NCBI GenBank assembly: GCA_964565945.1
Contig: CAZMGY010000017.1
Location: forward strand, 1 to 14,756
DNA: 14,756 nucleotides
DNA from: an uncultured bacterium
GTDB lineage: Bacteria; GCA-001730085
Direction of reading: 5' to 3'
The position numbers and the translations under genes were made by a program. Of this stretch, positions 1-11,187 are shown piece after piece. Under the pieces are notes generated by a model. The model was given only the letters and a program-made list of their open reading frames with translations. It made no database searches and had not been told where the DNA came from. The first letter of the stretch is position 1, and the number at the start of each line of letters is the position of its first letter.

Positions 1-233
<233 letters not shown>

Positions 234-306
234 TGCTTTTTATCGAGATAACTTTATTTTTTTTTGATTAAACGTCTATTCCTTTTTAGTTTGCAAGAAA
301 CCGCTT

Positions 307-2379
307 TTAACCTTCGGCTCCTGCAATCTCGTCTTGCACATTTTTAGGCACTTGACGATAGCAGTGCGGCTCCATTGAAAAGCTAGCACGACCAGATGAC
401 AAGGAACGCAAGGCTGTTGCATATCCAAACATCTCCGCCAACGGCACTTCGGCACGTATGGATTTTGCCGCCCCTTTATCTTCCATGGATTCAACACGAC
501 CACGACGTGAATTGAGATCCCCAATCACATCGCCCATATATTCTTCTGGAGTTACAACTTCGACACGCATGATAGGCTCAAGAAAAATCGGTTTCGCTTG
601 ACGACAACCTTCTTTAAAACCTTTCGATCCTGCCACCTGAAAAGCCATTTCTGACGAGTCCACCTCATGAAAAGATCCATCATGCAACGTAACTTTAACA
701 TCGACAATGGGGTAGCCAGCCAAGATACCATTTTCCATAGCTGCCACAATCCCTTTTTCCACAGCAGGAATATATTCTTTAGGAATTGCACCACCCACAA
801 TTTTATTTTTGAATTCGAAACCTTTACCCGCCTCCTGTGGTTCAACAATCATTTTAACGTGACCATACTGACCGCGACCACCACTTTGCTGAATATGCTT
901 ACCTTCGATAGCAACCCTAGACGTAATTGTTTCTCTGTAAGCTACTTGAGGTTTTCCTACATTCGCTTCCACTTTAAATTCACGAAACATCCGATCTTTA
1001 ATCACATCCAAATGCAATTCACCCATACCAGCAATAATGGTTTGACCCGTTTCGTGATCGGTCGAAACGCGAAAGGTCGGGTCTTCTTCAGCCAAACGCT
1101 GCATCGCTTCAGAAAGCTTATCTCTGTCGGCTTTAGTTTTAGGCTCAATCGCCATTGAAATCACTGGTTCAGGGAAATCCATCGACTCAAGCACGACTTG
1201 ATTGTCCTGATCACACAAAGTATCTCCTGTTTTGGTTTTCTTTAAACCAACAACAGCAGCAATGTTGCCCGTAGGAACTGCTTCAATTTCCTTACGATTA
1301 TTGGCATGCATTTCCAAAATACGTCCAATCCGCTCTTTGGTTCTGGAAATAGGATTGTAGACGTAAGAGCCAGATGTTAATGTTCCAGAGTACACACGAA
1401 TGAATGTCAAACGGCCAACATAAGGGTCGGTCATAATTTTAAATGCCAAAGCAGAAAAAGGCTCTTTCACATCAGGCTTACGTTCAATCACTTTTTCTTG
1501 ATCGTTGGCATCCACACCTTGAATCGCAGGAATATCAACAGGCGAAGGCAAATAAGCAACAACCGCATCGAGAAGGGGTTGTACACCTTTATTTTTAAAC
1601 GCACTTCCACACAAAACAGGGTTAATTTTATTAGCGATCGTCAATTTACGAATAATGGCCTGTACTTCTTCGACAGAAAGCTCCTCTCCATCTAAGAATT
1701 TTTCCATAAACTCTTCGTCTTCCTCGGCAAAAGCTTCGAGCATCTTGTTACGATGCTCCTTGACTTGATCACGGTAAGTGTCCGAAATATCTTTTTCTTC
1801 AAATGTAGCTCCCAAGTCGTCGCCATGATAATAAATTTCTTTTTGACGCACAAGATCAATCACACCTTGAAAGTCAGCCTCAGCTCCAATAGGTAACTGA
1901 ATGACTACAGGGTTTGCACCCAAGCGCTCACGAATAGTATTAAAGGCCGCAAAAAAGTCGGCACCCGAGCGATCCATTTTGTTGATAAAAACAATCCGTG
2001 GAACACCATAGGCATCTGCCTGTCTCCATACGGTTTCGGACTGAGGCTCAACCCCTCCTACCGCACAAAACACAGCCACAGATCCATCGAGAACACGCAA
2101 AGAGCGCTCAACTTCGACCGTAAAGTCAACGTGACCAGGAGTGTCGATAATATTAATCCGAATGTCATTCCAAAAACAAGTTGTTGCGGCAGATGTAATA
2201 GTAATCCCGCGCTCTTGCTCTTGCTCCATCCAATCCATCGTGGCGTTACCATCGTGAACTTCACCAATCTTATGAGAACGTCCAGTGTAATACAAAATAC
2301 GCTCTGTAGTGGTTGTTTTTCCAGCATCAATGTGAGCCATAATACCCACGTTTCTAACAACTTTTAAATCAACACTCAT
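307..2379 (-). CDS. fusA: Elongation factor G (690 aa)
   Basis: Full-length ORF with [15 protein letters not shown] (G1), DTPGHVDF (G3) and NKMDR (G4) motifs, plus the domain [12 protein letters not shown] loop. A GAGGGAGA Shine-Dalgarno site lies upstream. The gene sits in the str-operon position after rpsG. Confidence 0.98.
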   Translation of the reverse strand: MSVDLKVVRNVGIMAHIDAGKTTTTERILYYTGRSHKIGEVHDGNATMDWMEQEQERGITITSAATTCFWNDIRINIIDTPGHVDFTVEVERSLRVLDGSVAVFCAVGGVEPQSETVWRQADAYGVPRIVFINKMDRSGADFFAAFNTIRERLGANPVVIQLPIGAEADFQGVIDLVRQKEIYYHGDDLGATFEEKDISDTYRDQVKEHRNKMLEAFAEEDEEFMEKFLDGEELSVEEVQAIIRKLTIANKINPVLCGSAFKNKGVQPLLDAVVAYLPSPVDIPAIQGVDANDQEKVIERKPDVKEPFSALAFKIMTDPYVGRLTFIRVYSGTLTSGSYVYNPISRTKERIGRILEMHANNRKEIEAVPTGNIAAVVGLKKTKTGDTLCDQDNQVVLESMDFPEPVISMAIEPKTKADRDKLSEAMQRLAEEDPTFRVSTDHETGQTIIAGMGELHLDVIKDRMFREFKVEANVGKPQVAYRETITSRVAIEGKHIQQSGGRGQYGHVKMIVEPQEAGKGFEFKNKIVGGAIPKEYIPAVEKGIVAAMENGILAGYPIVDVKVTLHDGSFHEVDSSEMAFQVAGSKGFKEGCRQAKPIFLEPIMRVEVVTPEEYMGDVIGDLNSRRGRVESMEDKGAAKSIRAEVPLAEMFGYATALRSLSSGRASFSMEPHCYRQVPKNVQDEIAGAEG

Positions 2380-2406
2380 TTGTCGTATCTCCCTCTAATA
2401 AATTCT

Positions 2407-2880
2407 TTACCAACGGAAGTGTGCAAAAGCCTTATTGGCTTCGGCCATTTTATGGGTATCATCTTTTTTCTTAATAGACACCCCAGTTCCGTTATATGCA
2501 TCCAACAACTCTGCAGCTAATTTTTCTCTCATGTTACGTCCCGAACGAGAACGAGAGTTAGCAATAATCCACCGCATGGCTAAGCCAAGAGAACGCTGAG
2601 GAAGAACTTCACAAGGCACCTGATAAGTTGCACCCCCAACACGTCTTGACTTCACTTCCAAGTGAGGACAAACATTGTCCAATGATTTTTTAAACACATC
2701 CAACGGCGATGTGTCCGCTATTTTTTCATCCAAAATATCCAAGGCACCATATACAATTTTTTCAGCCAAACTTTTTTTACCACTAAGCATAATCATATTG
2801 ATAAATTTAGATACTTTTTCACTATGAAACTTAGGGTCTGGCAATAGTTCTCTTTTGACTGCAGCTCTCCGTCTAGACAT
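2407..2880 (-). CDS. rpsG: 30S ribosomal protein S7 (157 aa)
   Basis: The protein ends in the characteristic MAEANKAFAHFRW and contains KSRRVGGATYQVP. It occupies the position between rpsL and fusA. Confidence 0.98.
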   Translation of the reverse strand: MSRRRAAVKRELLPDPKFHSEKVSKFINMIMLSGKKSLAEKIVYGALDILDEKIADTSPLDVFKKSLDNVCPHLEVKSRRVGGATYQVPCEVLPQRSLGLAMRWIIANSRSRSGRNMREKLAAELLDAYNGTGVSIKKKDDTHKMAEANKAFAHFRW

Positions 2881-2912
2881 CCTCTTTTGCTCTCCTCTTA
2901 GGTCTTTATTGT

Positions 2913-3287
2913 TTATTCTTTAGGTTTTTTAGCACCATATACCGAACGACTTGTCTTGCGATCACTCACACCAGCCGCATCCAAGGTGCCCCTTACTACA
3001 ATATATCGAACACCCGGTAAGTCCAAACGACGTCCACCACGCAACAACACAATGGAGTGCTCTTGCAAGTTGTGACCTTCACCTGGAATATAAGCTGTAA
3101 CTTCAATTCCGTTAGACATCCGAACTCTAGCAATTTTTCTCAAAGCCGAGTTAGGCTTTTTGGGCGTTGCTGTTTTAACTTGCAAACAAACTCCACGCTT
3201 AAACGCGCATGATTGAAGAGCCGGCGATTTCTTTTTAACAAATACTTTCTTACGACCACCGCGGATCAACTGATTAATCGTAGGCAT
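2913..3287 (-). CDS. rpsL: 30S ribosomal protein S12 (124 aa), atypical at several conserved decoding-loop residues
   Basis: MPTINQLIR..., the [11 protein letters not shown] motif and GHNLQEHS are present. It has the same length as E. coli S12 and aligns to it without gaps. The usual RGGRVKDLPGVRYH reads [14 protein letters not shown] here. Confidence 0.97.
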   Translation of the reverse strand: MPTINQLIRGGRKKVFVKKKSPALQSCAFKRGVCLQVKTATPKKPNSALRKIARVRMSNGIEVTAYIPGEGHNLQEHSIVLLRGGRRLDLPGVRYIVVRGTLDAAGVSDRKTSRSVYGAKKPKE

Positions 3288-3306
3288 AATTTAGTCCTTT
3301 CGTAGC

Positions 3307-6300
3307 TTATGACTGCTCAATCGTTTCTTCGGAACCATTCTGATATTTTTCAGACTCTGGTTTGGGGAAACCCGCTCCATCTACAGCAATTGACTTATAA
3401 CCTTTATAGCCCGTTCCTGCAGGGATCAAATGTCCCATAATTACATTTTCTTTAAGACCAACCAAGCGATCCACTTGCCCTGCTGCCGCAGCACGCGTAA
3501 GAACTTTGGTTGTTTCCTGGAACGACGCAGCCGAAATAAAACTCTCTGTATTTAGAGATGTTTTGGTGATCCCTAAAAGGATCTGTTCCGCCCGTGCAGG
3601 TTTTTGACCAGCATTAATCGCGTTCTCATTTTCCTCTTTAAACTTAACTTTATCGACATGCATCCCTATTAACAAAGACGTGTCGCCTGGATCTTCAATG
3701 CGCACTTTTTTCAACATCTGACGCACAATCACTTCAATGTGCTTATCGTTGATCGTTACACCTTGAAGACGGTAAACTTCCTGAACCTCATTAACCAAAT
3801 AATCTTGGAGGGCACGAGCTCCCTTTACCCTAAGAATATCTTGCGGCACAATAGGGCCATCTGTCAAGGGGTCTCCCGCATTCACACGATCACCTTTGTA
3901 AACCACCAAGTGTTTACTATGAGGAATCAAGTATTCTTTTTGAGTCCCCATGTCCCCTTCCACAATGATCCGTCTCATACCTTTGATGTATCCAGCAAAA
4001 TCAACAAAGCCCGAAATTTCGGCAATAATCGCAGAACTTTTAGGCTTACGCGCTTCAAACAATTCAGCAACACGAGGCAAGCCCCCAGTAATATCGCGAG
4101 TACGAGATGCCTGACGTGTGGTTTTGGCCAACACATCACCCACTGCAATCTTCTGACGATCTTTAACTGTCACATGAGCACCTGCAGGAATACTGTACAT
4201 ACCAAGCACTTCGCCAGTGCCATTTTCAACAACAATTTGCGGATACAAATCTTCGCGATGTTCAATGATCGCAATTTCGACCACACCAGTCACGGGATCT
4301 TTTTCGCGGTGCATCGTCACATCTTTGATAATATCTTCGAAACGAATTTTTCCGCTCACTTCTGAAAGGATAGGCAACGCATGAGGATCCCACTCGGCGA
4401 TTACATCACCTTTGGCAAGGGTTTCACCTTCCTGAAAACTCAAAACCGCTCCCGAAGGAATCAAATGCCGCTCTACTATACGTTCTTCTTCTTCGGAAAT
4501 AGTGATTTCACCGTTACGATTAATGACAAGCGTTTGACCTTCGCGATTAACAACCGTACGCAAGTTGTGATAGCCAACCAAACCATCTTTGCGTGATTTG
4601 ATTTGCGATTCTTCTACAATCCGGCTCGCCGTACCCCCGATGTGAAACGTACGCATCGTCAACTGCGTTCCAGGCTCACCAATCGATTGTGCGGCAATCA
4701 CACCAACAGCCGTTCCTTCATCTACCAAACGTCCAGTCGCCAAGTCACGACCATAACACTTGGCGCAAACACCTTGTGAAGTTTCGCAGGTCAATACCGA
4801 ACGAATTTTAATCCGCTCAAGACCCATTTGCTCAATTTTATTAGCGGTTTCTTCGGTGATCAAATCACTAACTGACAAGATTTTTTCATCGGAAATAATA
4901 CCCACAATATTATCAAGAGCAGTCCTACCCATGATGCGATCTTTCAAAGACACAATCACTTTGTCACCTTCAACAATGGCACTCATCACAATCCCATTAA
5001 GTGTCTGACAGTCTTGCTCATTAATAATCACATCCTGAGCAGCATCCACCAAACGACGGGTCAAGTACCCCGAGTCGGCAGTTTTAAGAGCGGTATCGGC
5101 CAAACCTTTACGTGCACCGTGCGTCGAAATGAAATATTCAAGTACAGTCAAACCTTCGCGGAAATTAGCCGTAATAGGGAACTCGATAATTTCCCCAGAT
5201 GGCTTGGCCATCAAACCACGCATACCAGCTAACTGGCGGATCTGCTGCTTACTTCCTCTTGCACCAGAATCGGCCATGATGTAAACAGGATTCAAAGGAA
5301 TACCTTCTTGCTCATCATTTTTGATTTTATCAAACATGGTATCCGCAATTTTTTCTGTCGTTTTCGTCCAAATATCAATAGCCTTATTGTGGCGCTCACC
5401 ATTGGTGATCAAACCTTGTTGGTACTGAACACGAATGCTCTGATTTTCTTTGTGTGCAGCCGCCAATAAAGGCACTTTTTCTTCAGGAATTTTGATATTT
5501 TCAATCGAAATCGAAACACCTGCCAAAGTCGCTTGCTCAAAACCAATGTTTTTCAAATCATCTAACAACTGCACCGTACGATCATGGCCACAACTTTTGT
5601 AGCAATTGTTGATCAATTGGCTCAAATATTTTTTATCGACAGTGAGGTTCACTAAACCCATTTCCGCAGGCAAAATATCATTCAACATGATTCGACCAAC
5701 AGTAGTATCCACCAATTGCCTCTCATGCAAAAACTTCACCTTACTATGAAGCTCCACATAGCCTTCATCTTTGGCAAGAAGCACTTCGTTGATATCTTTG
5801 AAGTAACGTCCTTCTCCACGAAGACCATCACGATCTTTAGTCAAGTAATAAATTCCTAAAACCATATCTTGTGTAGGCGTCGTAATCGGATGTCCATTTG
5901 AAGGAGCAAAAATATTATTTTTCGACAGCATAAGTACACGACATTCCATTTGTGCTTCAAGCGACAACGGCACGTGAATCGCCATCTGGTCACCATCAAA
6001 GTCGGCATTAAAAGCAGTACACACAAGAGGATGAACCTTAATCGCCTTACCTTCAACCAAAACAGGCTCAAATGCTTGAATCCCTAATCTATGTAGGGTA
6101 GGAGCACGGTTCAGCATCACGGGATGGTCACTAATCACTTCTTCCAAAATATCCCATACCTCAGGATGCACGCGATCCAACATTTTACGTGCCGATTTAA
6201 TCGTGTGCACAAAACCTCGCTCTCGCAAACGACGAATAATGAATGGCTCAAAGAGCTCTAAGGCCATTTTTTTAGGAAGACCGCATTGATGTAATTTAAG

Positions 6301-7356
6301 TTCAGGACCAACCACAATCACCGAACGACCAGAATAATCCACACGTTTACCCAAAAGATTTTGACGAAAACGCCCTTGCTTACCTTTAAGCATATCGCTC
6401 AAAGATTTCAATGGCCGGTTACCAGCCCCTAAAACAGGTCGACCATGTTTACCATTGTCAAACAAAGCATCAACGGCTTCTTGCAACATTCTTTTTTCGT
6501 TATTTACAATCACTTCAGGAGCTTTAAGCTCAAGTAATCTTTTCAAACGATTGTTGCGATTGATCACGCGACGATACAAATCATTCAAATCAGACGTTGC
6601 AAAACGACCACCATCGAGAGGTACAAGAGGACGCAAATCAGGCGGGATCACAGGCACAACCTCCATCAACATCCACTCAGGCTTGTTAGATGATGTGCGA
6701 AACGACTCAACCACTTCTAAACTTTTAGCAATCTTACTTTTCACTTGTTTCGAATTAGTTTTTTCAATCGCAGCACGTAATTTAGCAAGCATTTCATCGA
6801 GATTAATTTCTTTAAGCAAATGTACCACCGCTTCAGCACCAATTCCTACCTTAAAACCACGACCATATTTTTTACGGCACTCTTGATATTCTGATTCGGA
6901 CAATAATTGTTTTTTAGCCAACGGTGTATCTTTAGGATCAAGAACTATGCGCTCTTCAAAATAAACAACCCGCTCCAACGAACGTAAAGACATATCCAAA
7001 AGCGTTCCCAAGCGACTAGGTGAGGTTTTGAAAAACCACACATGCACCACAGGCGACACAAGTTTAATATGCCCCATGCGTTCACGGCGAACTTTCGACA
7101 AAGTCACCTCAACTTCACATCGACTGCATACAACACCTTTATGCTTGATACGTTTATATTTTCCACAAAAACATTCCCAATCCTTTGTTGGACCAAAAAT
7201 CTTTTCGCAAAACAACCCATCACGCTCAGCTTTAAAAGTTCTGTAATTAATGGTTTCTGTCTTTTTAACTTCTCCAGAAGACCATTCAAGAATTTTTTCA
7301 GGCGATGCTAGACCAATGGCCACACAATCGAAGGTGTTTAAGTTTTTTTCACTCAT
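3307..7356 (-). CDS. rpoC: DNA-directed RNA polymerase subunit beta-prime (1349 aa)
   Basis: The N-terminal Zn motif is present (CFCGKYK...CSRCEVEV), as are the catalytic [14 protein letters not shown] and trigger-loop flanks MRTFHIGG ... [18 protein letters not shown]. The start ATG overlaps the rpoB stop (ATGA). Confidence 0.98.
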   Translation of the reverse strand: MSEKNLNTFDCVAIGLASPEKILEWSSGEVKKTETINYRTFKAERDGLFCEKIFGPTKDWECFCGKYKRIKHKGVVCSRCEVEVTLSKVRRERMGHIKLVSPVVHVWFFKTSPSRLGTLLDMSLRSLERVVYFEERIVLDPKDTPLAKKQLLSESEYQECRKKYGRGFKVGIGAEAVVHLLKEINLDEMLAKLRAAIEKTNSKQVKSKIAKSLEVVESFRTSSNKPEWMLMEVVPVIPPDLRPLVPLDGGRFATSDLNDLYRRVINRNNRLKRLLELKAPEVIVNNEKRMLQEAVDALFDNGKHGRPVLGAGNRPLKSLSDMLKGKQGRFRQNLLGKRVDYSGRSVIVVGPELKLHQCGLPKKMALELFEPFIIRRLRERGFVHTIKSARKMLDRVHPEVWDILEEVISDHPVMLNRAPTLHRLGIQAFEPVLVEGKAIKVHPLVCTAFNADFDGDQMAIHVPLSLEAQMECRVLMLSKNNIFAPSNGHPITTPTQDMVLGIYYLTKDRDGLRGEGRYFKDINEVLLAKDEGYVELHSKVKFLHERQLVDTTVGRIMLNDILPAEMGLVNLTVDKKYLSQLINNCYKSCGHDRTVQLLDDLKNIGFEQATLAGVSISIENIKIPEEKVPLLAAAHKENQSIRVQYQQGLITNGERHNKAIDIWTKTTEKIADTMFDKIKNDEQEGIPLNPVYIMADSGARGSKQQIRQLAGMRGLMAKPSGEIIEFPITANFREGLTVLEYFISTHGARKGLADTALKTADSGYLTRRLVDAAQDVIINEQDCQTLNGIVMSAIVEGDKVIVSLKDRIMGRTALDNIVGIISDEKILSVSDLITEETANKIEQMGLERIKIRSVLTCETSQGVCAKCYGRDLATGRLVDEGTAVGVIAAQSIGEPGTQLTMRTFHIGGTASRIVEESQIKSRKDGLVGYHNLRTVVNREGQTLVINRNGEITISEEEERIVERHLIPSGAVLSFQEGETLAKGDVIAEWDPHALPILSEVSGKIRFEDIIKDVTMHREKDPVTGVVEIAIIEHREDLYPQIVVENGTGEVLGMYSIPAGAHVTVKDRQKIAVGDVLAKTTRQASRTRDITGGLPRVAELFEARKPKSSAIIAEISGFVDFAGYIKGMRRIIVEGDMGTQKEYLIPHSKHLVVYKGDRVNAGDPLTDGPIVPQDILRVKGARALQDYLVNEVQEVYRLQGVTINDKHIEVIVRQMLKKVRIEDPGDTSLLIGMHVDKVKFKEENENAINAGQKPARAEQILLGITKTSLNTESFISAASFQETTKVLTRAAAAGQVDRLVGLKENVIMGHLIPAGTGYKGYKSIAVDGAGFPKPESEKYQNGSEETIEQS

Positions 7357-10300
7357 TTGACTTCCTCCTCTTGATCCATTTCATCCAGATGGGCCGCACG
7401 CGCATCCAAAGCAAGACTCTGCAATTCTTTGATTAATACATTGAATGATTCGGGAGTTCCACATCTAAGAATATTTTCTCCCTTAACAATCGACTCATAC
7501 ATTTTTGTCCGTCCAAAAACGTCGTCACTTTTAACCGTCAACATTTCCTGAAGAACATAAGCAGCACCATAAGCTTCCAGGGCCCATACCTCCATCTCTC
7601 CAAAACGCTGTCCACCAAATTGCGCTTTACCACCCAAAGGTTGTTGCGTCACAAGAGAGTATGGCCCAATCGCACGCGCATGAATTTTGTCATCCACCAA
7701 GTGAGCCAACTTAAGCATGTACATGTAACCCACTGTGATCTTTTGCGAAAAGCGCTCCCCAGTTCGTCCATCATAAAGATAGGCACTACCGCTTTCGTCA
7801 ATATAGGTTTTATCAGGATGTGTTTCGCGCGCTTCACGAAGAAGTGCTCGAATATCATCTTCCGTGGCACTGTCAAAAATAGGTGTCTGTGCAATAATTC
7901 CCAAGGTTTTGGCCGCCAAACCTAAGTGTGTCTCCAAAATCTGTCCTACGTTCATCCGAGAAGGTACACCTAAAGGATTGAGAACAATACCCACAGGTGT
8001 TCCATCGGACAAAAAAGGCATATCTTCCTCGGGAAGAGTTTTGGCAACAACACCCTTGTTACCATGTCGTCCCGCCATTTTGTCACCCACCGACAACCGA
8101 CGACGGCTTGCCACATAAACCTTAACAACTTTAATCACACCTGGAGGAAGTTCGTCTCCACGAAAGATCCGATTGATCTCGCGTTCTTTTTGATTGCGCA
8201 ACTCTTCCAAACGTTGCTTTTGAATCGCCATAAAAACATTAAACTCGTTGGTCAATTCTTTATCATTCACAAAAGATACTTCCGAAAGGTTCGCACGCAA
8301 GATGCTTTTGATATCTTTCTTGCCAATCGCTTTGTTCCATTTAATAAGAACCTCTTCGTTCTTGCCAAAAACATCAGTTGTGAATTTTTTACCAAGCACC
8401 AACTCTTCCAGACGTTCGAAAATAAAGTTTTCAACTGCAGCAATGGAATGATCGTATTCTTTAGCAATCCGGTCGGCTATTTCTTTTTCTTGTTTACGTT
8501 GCTGTTCCGAAAGGTCCCTTTCTTTGCGAGAAAAGACTTTGGTATCCAAAACAATTCCTTCAACACCAGAAGGAACAGTTAAAGATGCATCTCTCACATC
8601 CCCAGCTTTTTCTCCAAAAATAGCCCGAAGTAGTTTTTCTTCTGGGGTCAGTTCGGTTTCACTCTTAGGCGTCACCTTCCCAACCAACATATCTCCAGGA
8701 CGAACCTCGGCACCAACACGAATGATCCCATCTTTATCAAGGTTACGCAAAGATTCCTCACCTACATTAGGGATGTCGCAAGTGATTTCTTCTTCACCTA
8801 ACTTAGTGTCGCGAGCTTCGATCGAAAACTCTTCGATATGAACCGATGTATACACATCTTCTTTGACCAGCTTTTCGCTAATCAAAATTGCATCTTCGAA
8901 GTTGTAACCACCCCAAGACATAAAGGCCACCAAAACATTACGACCCAATGCTAGGCGACCATTTTGAGTCGCAGGACCATCGGCAAGGGGCTGACCTTCT
9001 TTAACTTTTTCACCCTTTTTCACCAAAGGGCGCTGATTAATGCAGGTTCCCGCATTCGAACGCTGAAACTTACGCATATCGTAAATTTGCTCGCCCATTT
9101 TTGTCTTTATTATCACTTGACGTGCATCGGCGCGAACAACTTCACCAGGATACTTAGCCACAATCACCGCTCCTGAATCTACAGCCGCTTTGGTCTCCAT
9201 GCCCGTAGCCACACAAGGCTCATCAGTCGCCAACAAAGGTACCGCCTGACGTTGCATGTTTGATCCCATCAAGGCACGATTGGCATCGTTATGCTCCAAG
9301 AAAGGTATCAACGATGTCCCCAATGAAACCAGCTGTTTCGGCGATACATCCATGTAATTAACTTTTTTAGCAGGCACAATCGGATAATCATCAAGAAAAC
9401 GACAGGCCACCTCTTTTTGAACAAAAGCACCATCATCGTCCACTTCAGTATTCGCCTGAGCAATTGTATACTTATCTTCTTTATCGGCTGACAGATACTC
9501 TAACTCATCCGAAACAACGCCTTCATTCACGACACGGTAAGGTGTTTCAATAAAACCATACTTGTTAACACGTGCATAAGTCCCCAATGACGAAATCAAA
9601 CCAATATTAGGCCCTTCCGGTGTTTCAATCGGACAAATACGTCCGTAATGCGAGTAATGAACGTCACGCACTTCAAAACCAGCACGTTCACGACTCAAAC
9701 CACCTGGTCCAAGAGCACTCAAACGACGCTTATGCGTTAGCTCCGCCAAAGGATTCACTTGATCCATAAACTGAGACAACTGGCTACGTTGGAAAAAATC
9801 TTTGATCGTCGAAGACACCAACTTGGAATTAATAAGGTTATGAGGCACCATTCGCTCGACATCTTGCAACGACATTCTTTCTCTCACCGAACGCTCGAGA
9901 CGCACCAACCCAATCCGCAATTGGTTTTGAACAAGCTCCCCAACAGTAATCACACGACGATTACCCAAATGGTCGATATCATCGACATCACCGTGACCAT
10001 TTTTCACTTGAATCAAATATTTAACCGCTTCAACAATATCTTCTTTACATAAAGTAGTTTGTGTTTCAGGTACATCAAAACCCAACTTTTTATTGAGCTT
10101 AAAGCGACCAACACGTGCCAAATCATAGCGTTTAGGATCAAAGAACAAGCGTTGTAAGAGACTCTTAGCACTCTCGACCGTCGGAGGATCTCCTGGACGC
10201 ATACGCCGAAAAATATCAATCAAAGCTTCATCGACCGTTTTCTTTGTATCTTTTTGCAAAGTAATGATCAAAGAAGCATCACCCGCTGTCTGAATCAGTT

Positions 10301-11087
10301 CAATGTTTTTAATACCGTCTTTAACAAGTGCTTTGGCTTGATCCGAACTAATAGGTTCTAACCCTTCAACAAAAACCTCCCCTGTTTTAGAATTCACAAT
10401 CGGCTCCATCGAACGACGACCAACAATGGTTGAAAGATCTGTCACTTTAGCAAGATTCACATTTTCGAAACCATAGAAAAGTCCCAAAATCTCTTCATCT
10501 GTTGCGTATCCCAAAGCACGAAACAAGGTTGTTCCCAACATTTTACGTCGACGATCGATGTAAACGTACAAAGTGTCATTTTCATCAAACTCGAACTCAA
10601 TCCATGCACCACGGTAAGGAATAATTCTGGCAGAAAATACCCTTTTTTCATTCGGCTGAATTTTCTTTTCAAACGAAATCCCCGGAGAGCGTTGCAACTG
10701 ACTTACAATCACTCGTTCGGCACCATTGATCACAAAACTCCCCCTATCCGTAATCAAAGGAAAGTCGCCAAGATAAATCTCTTGCTCTCGAACATCGCCT
10801 TCTCTTTTAAGCCGTAGAATAATTTTAAGAGGTGCAGAATAGGTCATTCCACGACGACGACATTCTTCAACATCATATTTAGGGCTATCAAAGCGATAAT
10901 TGACAAACTGCAACACAGTGCTTTCGTCATAACTCTTGATAGGAAACACTTCTTTAAAAACATCTTTGATGTCGCGTTTCAAAAACTTTTCATAGGACAC
11001 CATCTGTGTGTGTAGCAAAAATGGAATGTTCATGACGTCGACTAACTTCGCGTAAGACCGAATATTGACCGTTTCCTTTGTGCTCAT
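7353..11087 (-). CDS. rpoB: DNA-directed RNA polymerase subunit beta (1244 aa)
   Basis: The rifampicin-pocket region [30 protein letters not shown] is present, along with [27 protein letters not shown] and [22 protein letters not shown] Shine-Dalgarno site lies 5 nt upstream of the ATG. Confidence 0.98.
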   Translation of the reverse strand: MSTKETVNIRSYAKLVDVMNIPFLLHTQMVSYEKFLKRDIKDVFKEVFPIKSYDESTVLQFVNYRFDSPKYDVEECRRRGMTYSAPLKIILRLKREGDVREQEIYLGDFPLITDRGSFVINGAERVIVSQLQRSPGISFEKKIQPNEKRVFSARIIPYRGAWIEFEFDENDTLYVYIDRRRKMLGTTLFRALGYATDEEILGLFYGFENVNLAKVTDLSTIVGRRSMEPIVNSKTGEVFVEGLEPISSDQAKALVKDGIKNIELIQTAGDASLIITLQKDTKKTVDEALIDIFRRMRPGDPPTVESAKSLLQRLFFDPKRYDLARVGRFKLNKKLGFDVPETQTTLCKEDIVEAVKYLIQVKNGHGDVDDIDHLGNRRVITVGELVQNQLRIGLVRLERSVRERMSLQDVERMVPHNLINSKLVSSTIKDFFQRSQLSQFMDQVNPLAELTHKRRLSALGPGGLSRERAGFEVRDVHYSHYGRICPIETPEGPNIGLISSLGTYARVNKYGFIETPYRVVNEGVVSDELEYLSADKEDKYTIAQANTEVDDDGAFVQKEVACRFLDDYPIVPAKKVNYMDVSPKQLVSLGTSLIPFLEHNDANRALMGSNMQRQAVPLLATDEPCVATGMETKAAVDSGAVIVAKYPGEVVRADARQVIIKTKMGEQIYDMRKFQRSNAGTCINQRPLVKKGEKVKEGQPLADGPATQNGRLALGRNVLVAFMSWGGYNFEDAILISEKLVKEDVYTSVHIEEFSIEARDTKLGEEEITCDIPNVGEESLRNLDKDGIIRVGAEVRPGDMLVGKVTPKSETELTPEEKLLRAIFGEKAGDVRDASLTVPSGVEGIVLDTKVFSRKERDLSEQQRKQEKEIADRIAKEYDHSIAAVENFIFERLEELVLGKKFTTDVFGKNEEVLIKWNKAIGKKDIKSILRANLSEVSFVNDKELTNEFNVFMAIQKQRLEELRNQKEREINRIFRGDELPPGVIKVVKVYVASRRRLSVGDKMAGRHGNKGVVAKTLPEEDMPFLSDGTPVGIVLNPLGVPSRMNVGQILETHLGLAAKTLGIIAQTPIFDSATEDDIRALLREARETHPDKTYIDESGSAYLYDGRTGERFSQKITVGYMYMLKLAHLVDDKIHARAIGPYSLVTQQPLGGKAQFGGQRFGEMEVWALEAYGAAYVLQEMLTVKSDDVFGRTKMYESIVKGENILRCGTPESFNVLIKELQSLALDARAAHLDEMDQEEEVK

Positions 11088-11126
11088 ATAAGCTCCCTAG
11101 GGGTTGTGTGTTAGTACAAACAGAGG

Positions 11127-11162
11127 AATCCGCATAGGAACACATAGCGTTCCCAGCGAATC
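11127..11162 (-). promoter_or_regulatory. Compound RNA hairpin in the rplL-rpoB spacer (possible attenuator or processing site)
   Basis: The minus-strand RNA reads GAUUCGC-U-GGGAAC-GCUAUGU-GUUCCU-AU-GCGGAUU. It forms a 7-bp outer stem and a 6-bp inner stem, three of those pairs being G:U and possible only in the mRNA sense. It is followed by CUCUGUUUGU, which is only a weak U tract. I folded this by eye only. Confidence 0.3.
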
Positions 11163-11187
11163 TCTTCAACCACAATGTTTTCGAGAA

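Noticed and set aside
9702-9782. I checked the RpoB rifampicin-resistance determining region for natural resistance substitutions.
   Set aside because: The residues aligned to E. coli D516, H526 and S531 are D442, H452 and S457, all wild-type. The differences (N518V, S522A, I524L, I530L equivalents) fall at positions that also vary in rifampicin-sensitive species such as B. subtilis. There is no basis to predict resistance.
276-10672. Minus-strand ORFs out of frame with the real genes (276..524, 552..848, 2058..2360, 5856..6071, 7104..7289, 7649..7894, 8267..8467, 10013..10219, 10457..10672).
   Set aside because: They are nested in alternative frames of fusA, rpoC and rpoB. Their translations are Cys/Trp/Leu-rich nonsense with no family resemblance. 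Nothing suggests overlapping genes.
10990-11175. A 61-aa ORF that starts in the rplL-rpoB spacer and overlaps the rpoB start. I considered it as a possible leader peptide.
   Set aside because: It starts at a TTG with no Shine-Dalgarno site and runs out of frame into rpoB. The sequence has no leader-peptide character such as runs of regulatory codons.
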